Position numbers and translations under genes: made by a program. DNA of 64,000 nt from an uncultured Gemmatimonadales bacterium (lineage in GTDB: Bacteria; Gemmatimonadota; Gemmatimonadetes; Gemmatimonadales; GWC2-71-9), in NCBI GenBank assembly GCA_963795085.1, contig CAWCFX010000004.1, positions 672,001 through 736,000 of the forward strand, read 5' to 3'. Below are positions 58,601 to 64,000 of the stretch, one piece after another; position 1 is the first letter of the stretch; every line of letters begins with the position of its first letter. Under the pieces are notes generated by a model. It did no database searches. It had not been told where the DNA came from and saw only the letters and a program-made list of their open reading frames with translations.

Positions 58601-60276
58601 CCACGGTCTTCGAGGGCCCGGTGGAGACGCCGGCCGGTGTGCGCCATATCCGCGTCGTCATGGTGCCCGACCGGGGCCCCGACGGCGAGGTCCGCGGCAT
58701 CGTCACCCTGAGTACAGATGTCTCGGAACAGCTGGCGGCGGCGGCGGCGTTACGCCGGAGCGAAGAACGCTACCGCCTGGTCGCCCAGGCCACCCGCGAG
58801 GCCATCTGGGACTGGGACCTCGGCCGCGGGGCGATGGAATGGAACGAAGGCGTCCGCCTCCTCTTCGGGTACGATCCTGCCGACGTGGTGGAAACGGCCG
58901 CGTGGAAACGGGACCGCGTCCACCCGGGCGACCGGGAACAGTTCGACCGCAGCTTTGACGCCCTGCTGGTCACCGGGAGCCGGCATTGGCAGGAGGAGTA
59001 CCGGTTCCGCCGGAAGGACGACAGTTACGCCATCGTCAGCGACCAGGCCTACGTCATCCATGATGAGGCGGGCCGGCCTGCCCGGGTGCTGGGGACCATG
59101 TCCGATATTACCGAGCAGCGGAATACCGAGCAGCAGTTGCGGCAGGCCCAGCGCATGCAGGCGATCGGCAAGCTGGCGGGGGGGATCGCGCACGAGGTCA
59201 ACAACCAGATGACGGCGGTGCTGGGATTCAGCGAGTTTGCGCTTCGCCAGGTGGGCGACGCGGTGGTCCGCCGCGACATCCAGCAGATCATCAAGGCCGG
59301 GACCCGGGCCGCCTCCATTACCCAGCAGCTGCTTGCCTTCAGCCGGCAGCAGGTCCTCCAGCCGCAGGTGCTTCGGCTGAACGACGTGATCGACGGCCTG
59401 GCGCCCATATTCCGCCAACTGCTGGGCGCCGACCTCCAGCTGGACCTTCACCTGCTCCCCGACACCGGACAGGTGCGGGTGGACCGGAACCAGCTGGAGC
59501 AGGTGCTCATCAACCTCGGCCTCAACGCCCGCGATGCGACCCCCAGCGGCGGCACTCTCACCATCACCACCGAACGGCTGCTGGTAGGAGACCGGGAGGG
59601 GCGGGTCCCCGGCTGGTACGCCATGATCCGGATGACGGATACCGGAACGGGGATGGATGCCGCGACCCTGGCCCAGGCTTTCGAACCGTTCTTTACGACC
59701 AAGGCGGTAGGCAAGGGGAGCGGTCTTGGGCTCTCGACCGTGTACGGGATCATTACCCAGAGCGGCGGCTTCGTGGAGCTGGAGAGCGATATGGGCCGGG
59801 GCACCGAAGTGCGGGTGTTCCTGCCCAGCCACGCCGGACCGGCCACCGCGGCGGGAGATGAGGAAAGCCGGTCCCTGCCCAGCCAGGGTGAGCGCATCCT
59901 GGTCGTGGAAGACGAAGAGAGCGTTCGCTTGCTGATTGGCCGGTCGCTGCTGGAGGCAGGCTACCAGGTGGCGAGTGCGGAGAGCGGCGAGGCGGCGCTC
60001 GACCTGGCCGCCGCGCAGGAGCCCGACCTCGTCATTTGCGACCTCGTCATGCCAGGCCTGAGCGGCCGGGAAGTGGGTGAGCGGATCGCGGCCATCGGTC
60101 CCCGCATCCCGGTGCTCTATATCTCGGGGTACCCGGGCGAGGAAGTCATGCAGCGGGGATTGCTGCCCGAGGGAGCGGCCCTGTTGCAGAAGCCGTTTAC
60201 CCCCGGACAGCTGGCCCAGCGGGTGCGGGAAGTGCTGGACGGCATTGGAGAGCCGGGCGAGAGGACCCGGCGTTAG
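55669..60276 (+). CDS. Cytoplasmic hybrid histidine kinase with two transmitter and two receiver modules
   Basis: PAS-GAF, HisKA (SHEFRTPL), HATPase, REC (SDVMMP), 3 PAS, HisKA (AHEVNN), HATPase (FFTTK..GKGSGLGL), REC (DLVMP). Confidence 0.93.
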   Translation: MATPFPQSAGQRPDRAGPAMRDLIDAFDWPSSPLGPRDTWPQSLRTTVDLVLASGFPMYVSWGPDYIQLYNDAFRPILGSTKHPEALGNSSRLTFHEIWDVIGPMFEEVKASGKATTQADAMMPLDRHGFLEECYFTFSYSAITAEGGKAGGVLVTCTETTEQVLSERHLRTLRDLGSVSARARSTAEACALSVETLALNPHDVPFTLLYLVDHQARRAHLAGSAGLAAASPVAPLSVDLSPGTSAWPLCQAAESGQRLPVECPPGLFGALPGGPWPEPAHRAVVLPVAGTGDEALAGLLITGVSARRPLDDSYLRFLDLVAGNISTAIGNARAYETERRRAESLAELDRAKTAFFSNVSHEFRTPLTLQLGPIEDVLADAEHPVDPVNRNRLEMAHRNSLRLLKLVNTLLDFSRIEAGRADAAYEPTDLAALTRDLASSFRSTMDRAGLAFVVECEPLLYEMFVDREMYEKIVLNLLSNAFKFTLQGQVSVSLRQDQGAACLEVRDTGVGIPADSLPRMFERFHRIKGQGGRTQEGSGIGLALVQELVKLHHGRIDVESEPGRGSTFRVFLPAGSSHLPPDRIGGRKSLDATTLRAEHFLEEALRWLPEGDRASRPLAPPAARTAPSPPPVDGDVVFVVDDNADMRDYLGHLLGGRYAIRAFNRGDAALEAARADPPGLVVSDVMMPGLDGFGLLRELRADARTGSVPVILLSARAGEEARVEALAAGADDHMVKPFLARELLARVDAHVALGRARLEARERETTLRTQAESDRRRLREFIQQAPASILIVRGPGHIVELVNRNAAIATGRPPEALVGRPLTEALPEVAQQKYAALLDRVYRTGEPHAERDARLRISPGEGRDDYDIYFDYVYQPLKDADGQVTGILLHGVDVTDRVRARTQTEASQAQLRLVTDALPGLVTYMDREYRYHFSNQAYRHWFGIDPASMIGRTASEIFGAAQFAQRQGFVDQALKGQSTVFEGPVETPAGVRHIRVVMVPDRGPDGEVRGIVTLSTDVSEQLAAAAALRRSEERYRLVAQATREAIWDWDLGRGAMEWNEGVRLLFGYDPADVVETAAWKRDRVHPGDREQFDRSFDALLVTGSRHWQEEYRFRRKDDSYAIVSDQAYVIHDEAGRPARVLGTMSDITEQRNTEQQLRQAQRMQAIGKLAGGIAHEVNNQMTAVLGFSEFALRQVGDAVVRRDIQQIIKAGTRAASITQQLLAFSRQQVLQPQVLRLNDVIDGLAPIFRQLLGADLQLDLHLLPDTGQVRVDRNQLEQVLINLGLNARDATPSGGTLTITTERLLVGDREGRVPGWYAMIRMTDTGTGMDAATLAQAFEPFFTTKAVGKGSGLGLSTVYGIITQSGGFVELESDMGRGTEVRVFLPSHAGPATAAGDEESRSLPSQGERILVVEDEESVRLLIGRSLLEAGYQVASAESGEAALDLAAAQEPDLVICDLVMPGLSGREVGERIAAIGPRIPVLYISGYPGEEVMQRGLLPEGAALLQKPFTPGQLAQRVREVLDGIGEPGERTRR

Positions 60277-60309
60277 CGTGCGCAGGGTCCCGCCCACCTG
60301 CCCGACTCT

Positions 60310-61041
60310 CTACATCCCTTCGAACATGTTTCCGCCTCGGCCGAAACCGCCGCCCATCGCCTGGTTGAGCATCGCGCGATAGATGATCTTGGTGAGCCAG
60401 GCCGTGGCGACCAGCATGATGGGAATCGCCAGGGTGGCGGCGCGCTCGGAGATCTTGTAGATCCGGGTAATCCCGGCGAAGAGCATCAGGATGGTGAGCG
60501 TGCTGGCGAACATCGCCAGGAAGTAGATGATCTCGAAGTTCCCCATGCCGAGCAGGCTGGCGATGAGCAGGAGGAAGCCGAACGGCAGCAGGGAGGCCCC
60601 GGCCAGGAAGCTGTCACTGCCCAGGGCGCCTTCTCCCCGGAAGATGCTGCGGACCGCCAGGGCAGAAACCATCAACGCGATGAAGGGCACCACCGCGACC
60701 AGCACGATCATGAAGAAGCCGCCGGCGCCGTCGGGCCGGAACGGCACCATGCGGTACACGCCGAGAATGACGCACACCGCGAAGACGGCGCCGAAGGTCA
60801 GTCCGACCCCCAGTGCCCTGGATGCTCCCAGCGCGTGATAGGCATCGGCCAGCCCGCCCACCGGATTCCCCACGAAGGTCTTGAAGGCCCCCAGGGCATC
60901 GCTCGAGGCTGCCTTCATTTTCTGGCCTGCCATGGCCGCAGCGGCGCCGCCGCCAGGTGCTCCGGCGGCGAAGGAGGTGCCACAGCTGGAACAGGCGACG
61001 GAGCCGTCGGGCAGTTGCGTCCCGCATTTGGGGCAGAACAT
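60310..61041 (-). CDS. Zinc-ribbon membrane protein (Yip1-like TM region)
   Basis: MFCPKCG......CSSCG followed by about five TM helices. Confidence 0.8.
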   Translation of the reverse strand: MFCPKCGTQLPDGSVACSSCGTSFAAGAPGGGAAAAMAGQKMKAASSDALGAFKTFVGNPVGGLADAYHALGASRALGVGLTFGAVFAVCVILGVYRMVPFRPDGAGGFFMIVLVAVVPFIALMVSALAVRSIFRGEGALGSDSFLAGASLLPFGFLLLIASLLGMGNFEIIYFLAMFASTLTILMLFAGITRIYKISERAATLAIPIMLVATAWLTKIIYRAMLNQAMGGGFGRGGNMFEGM

Positions 61042-61239
61042 GGATGAACCTCGCTCAGGAGAGGCTGGGAAGGAAAACGACCTGCTATGCCGAGCGCGGA
61101 GAGGCTCCGCGCGAGGGGCCTGAGCTGGAAGCCCCGCTATGATACACCTTTTGGGTCCGGACGCCAGAGAGAGCCGGGCGGAAGGGCGGGGCGGGATGGC
61201 GGACCATGCCAGGTACTCCGCTGCCGGTCTGCGCCCCCG

Positions 61240-62406
61240 TCACATTCGGTACCGCTCCACCCGCTGGAACCCGTCCTCGTCCACCGCGAGGAGATACACC
61301 GCCGCCCGGCCCACCGCAAGCAACCTCCGCCCGGCGGGCAGCCGGACGCTCCGGATGCGCGACCCGGTGTGGTCGAAGACGTCCCACTCGCTTGCCGCCC
61401 CGAATGGAACCGATCGCTCGACCCACAGCCGGCCGTCGGGTGCCAGGATCGGCGCGGCATCGGTGATCGGCGCCTTCATGGTGCCGAACTTGTTCTGCTC
61501 GACCATCCTCGTCACCTCGGCCTCGGAGCGCATGTCCGCGGGCAGGTTGCTCTCCCCGCTGGGCGCCGAGCCGGGCCCCCCGCGCCCCCCGATGGTGGCG
61601 GCTTCGAGGAAGCGGCGCACGTAGGCCACCTTGTCGGGACGGGTGACCGGCAGGCTCGGGGTGCGCACCGGCGCTCCGGTGATCGCGGGTCGCCCGGACT
61701 CGTCCCACCATTCCACGTGATAATCGTTGCTGCGCACCAGGACCAGGCGTCCCTCGCGGGTCACGCTCCAGCCGTCCTCGGGGGTAAAGGGAATGTAGGG
61801 CAGCCCGAACTTGCGGGGCCCCGGATCGGCGGCCTGCACGACCCAGGTGAGGACCTGGCCGCGTGCGGCCCCCTCGCGGGGATCCACCCGCACCACCGGC
61901 ACCGAGTCGCCCCGGCGGCCATAGCTCTCCGATGCCCAGCGCGGAATCTGCAGATACATCCGGCCGCGCTGGTCCACGGCGCGGGGCGCCAGGGTGGTCG
62001 GTACCCCGGGAAGGCCGAGGGTGAAACTGCGCGCGATCCGAAGATCGGGCCCGATGATGGCGAGCCGGTTGTTGCCTCCATCGTTGAGCAGGATCGAGTC
62101 CCCGGTCCACGGGATGAGTCGCCCGGGCAGGCGGTATTCTCCGGGGCCGGAACCCTTGCCCCCGATGGGGGTGGTGTTGCCCGCCGTGAAGTCAACTACG
62201 ACCAGCCGTTCCTCGCCGCGGTCGCTGACCAAAGCGCGTCCGTCGCGAAGTTCGAGAAAGCCGGCAACCTGGGTGAACTCGGCCGGCAGTACCCGGTCCG
62301 GCCGAGCCAGGGTCGTGAGCGGCGGATCACCCCGCTGAGCCAGGGCGGGGAGGAGGGCCAGGGACAGGAGACCGGCCACGAGGAGAGCGGATGACGTGAG
62401 GCGCAC
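61240..62406 (-). CDS. Secreted 6-bladed beta-propeller-like protein
   Basis: Signal peptide; ELRDGR..VSD, IG..G.GPGEY..P, DGRLWV.R, DVFD..G, D.DG...V.RY. Confidence 0.75.
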   Translation of the reverse strand: MRLTSSALLVAGLLSLALLPALAQRGDPPLTTLARPDRVLPAEFTQVAGFLELRDGRALVSDRGEERLVVVDFTAGNTTPIGGKGSGPGEYRLPGRLIPWTGDSILLNDGGNNRLAIIGPDLRIARSFTLGLPGVPTTLAPRAVDQRGRMYLQIPRWASESYGRRGDSVPVVRVDPREGAARGQVLTWVVQAADPGPRKFGLPYIPFTPEDGWSVTREGRLVLVRSNDYHVEWWDESGRPAITGAPVRTPSLPVTRPDKVAYVRRFLEAATIGGRGGPGSAPSGESNLPADMRSEAEVTRMVEQNKFGTMKAPITDAAPILAPDGRLWVERSVPFGAASEWDVFDHTGSRIRSVRLPAGRRLLAVGRAAVYLLAVDEDGFQRVERYRM

Positions 62407-62602
62407 GGTTATGCCCAAGTGGGAGATGCCGGGTGGATGTGCCGATCGTGCAAAGCGTCGCATGGGACAAGGCCGGTACCGGCTGGCCTCCTTCCCTGGT
62501 GCCATGGGCTGATTCCGGGTGCGGGCGCTGGCCCGACGCCCCCGCGCTGCCCTACATTCATGGTTCCGCCACGATGTTCAACGCTTTTGCCCGGAGGGTC
62601 CC

Positions 62603-63037
62603 ATGCGAATGCTCGCCCTTGCGCTGGCCGCCGCCGTTCTGCCCCTCGCGCGGACCGCCGAGGCCCAGGTCGTCCTGCCGGCGACGACCCACTGGGACAT
62701 CGAATGGCGGAATCCCGAAGGGCACTTCTACACCGCCGACCTCCTGCTGCAGACAACCGGGAACAAGGTCGAAGGCGCTTTCACCTGGACTCTCCGCGCG
62801 TCGCCCCGGGCGGAGGAGCAGGGCAAGATCGGGCTCACCGGAGTGGAGCGTTTCCAGGGGATATATGATGTTCATTCCGGCACGCTGATCTTCGACGGAC
62901 TCACCCTGGAGGATCCCAACACCATCCTCGGCCTGGACCAGTACCGGTTGCTGGTAAGCCCCGGGGCCCGGCGGATCCTGGGCATGACCTCGCACGGTGG
63001 CGCCTGGACGGGGGAGCTGAAGGGAGAGCGGAGGTAG
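62603..63037 (+). CDS. Secreted hypothetical beta-rich protein
   Basis: GGAGG RBS, AEA signal cleavage site, coding-like codon usage. Confidence 0.7.
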   Translation: MRMLALALAAAVLPLARTAEAQVVLPATTHWDIEWRNPEGHFYTADLLLQTTGNKVEGAFTWTLRASPRAEEQGKIGLTGVERFQGIYDVHSGTLIFDGLTLEDPNTILGLDQYRLLVSPGARRILGMTSHGGAWTGELKGERR

Positions 63038-63106
63038 ATCCCGAAACCGCATCCCTCGCAGGCCGTATGAAGTCTCCAGCGACGCAACCAGCCCGGCACT
63101 CAACAC

Positions 63107-63268
63107 GTGGACCAGGCGGTGCCCCAAATGGGCTATGTCTCCGGCGCGTCGGACCTGCTGCCGGCGGCCGTGGGATTCAAGGCAGGGGATGTCTACATCG
63201 CGCGTCTGGCACCGGACATGGAGACCGCCGAGGACCGGATCTTCTCGGTAATCGGGAAGGAAGGATGA
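63107..63268 (+). other. Possible small ORF or gene remnant (53 aa)
   Basis: VDQAVPQMGYVSGASDLLPAAVGFKAGDVYIARLAPDMETAEDRIFSVIGKEG*, GC-ending codons, ECF-like motif upstream. Confidence 0.3.
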
Positions 63269-63531
63269 TGGTCGGGGGGGCCGAGTGGGAAGCCTGGCGG
63301 GTGGAAGAGCGGTGAGTCCGATCGCTCCATGGTGGCGATCTGGCCTGACCGATGTCTCGCCCTACATGGTAGCGGGCGATTCCTACCTGGCCCCGAGCAG
63401 ATCAACAAGATGAGGCAGGACAGCAGGACGGTAGGGCGGTATGAGTGGGCGGCGAGCGATCGCCGCTCACTTTTCATTCCTGATTGTCGTTTCGTGATGG
63501 CGCGGTCCGTCCAGGCTCAGGTGAAAGGTTC

Positions 63532-64000
63532 ATGCGAAGATTCCGGCTTCCCCTCCTGCTTTTGCTGGCGGTCCCATCGTGCCGGGCGTCCGGTCCTCCA
63601 GGGCAGGAGGTCGAGTTCTTTCTCCGCGGCCGGGCTGTCGGCGCCGAGCGGGTGGTCTACCGGAACCCGGCGGGGGACTCGCTGGAGGTGGAAACGAACC
63701 TCAAGGCTGGATCGGGGATTGCGCTGAGCACCAGCATGAAGCTGGACCCGGCTGGCCGGATCGTCGTCGCCGCCGCGTCGGGCCAGGCTTGGCCCTGGCT
63801 GGAGGTAACGCCGGAGCGGGCAGGCCCTTTCCCGCTCTATCGTCTGACCGACGGGGTCCGGCGCTTTGCCGCGGGAGACAGCGTCGGCCGTGGGGAAACG
63901 ATCCAGCGATGCGAGGATCCGGATCGAGGCGCGCCGGCTCGCAGCGAGGATCTCGCCGGCGAGTGTTTCAGCGTTCGCGAGGCCACCTGGGGCCAGGTGC
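63532..64000 (+). CDS. Secreted/lipoprotein, N-terminal part (runs off window end)
   Basis: MRRFRLPLLLLLAVPSC... open to the window end; GAAAGG RBS. Confidence 0.7.
   Translation, partial: MRRFRLPLLLLLAVPSCRASGPPGQEVEFFLRGRAVGAERVVYRNPAGDSLEVETNLKAGSGIALSTSMKLDPAGRIVVAAASGQAWPWLEVTPERAGPFPLYRLTDGVRRFAAGDSVGRGETIQRCEDPDRGAPARSEDLAGECFSVREATWGQV

Noticed and set aside
55657..60297. Long antisense ORFs (55657-57918, 58750-60297; also 31258-32907, 45973-47601, 51813-53552, 53546-55555)
   Set aside because: Shadow frames of high-GC3 genes with no recognisable motifs.

Overview
A GC-rich bacterial chromosomal window of about 50 CDS. The protein families and gene style suggest Gemmatimonadota (inference only, no marker gene present). 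1-10.4 kb holds housekeeping genes: NAD synthetase 3' end, acyl-CoA thioesterase, patatin, short MutY, MlaE/F/D-type ABC transporter, RNase Z, M23 peptidase, a 5'-truncated class II photolyase, tRNA-Ala(CGC) and tRNA-Gln(CTG). An accessory-looking stretch follows: an orphan LytTR regulator divergent from a ~1330-aa secreted protein with a T9SS/FlgD-like C-terminal domain plus a PorV-like beta-barrel, a Ser/Thr kinase-TPR, a Kelch protein and a TraB/Tiki-like protein. A 14-kb, 8-gene MoxR AAA+/vWA operon (24.5-38.7 kb) also encodes a TPR-gluzincin lipoprotein and a Cys-less caspase-fold protein; its DUF58 gene is frameshifted. The rest includes a cytochrome c/Vgb-propeller fusion, Lhr helicase, a PLP decarboxylase, a convergent ECF sigma/Ser-Thr kinase pair, a di-haem peroxidase and a two-transmitter hybrid histidine kinase. 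Non-coding signals read from the sequence: a 9-bp repeat family after three stop codons, a composite 13-mer/8-mer tandem array, LytTR-type direct repeats, two recurring ECF-type promoter motifs and several probably leaderless genes. No integrase, transposase, CRISPR array or rRNA was seen.
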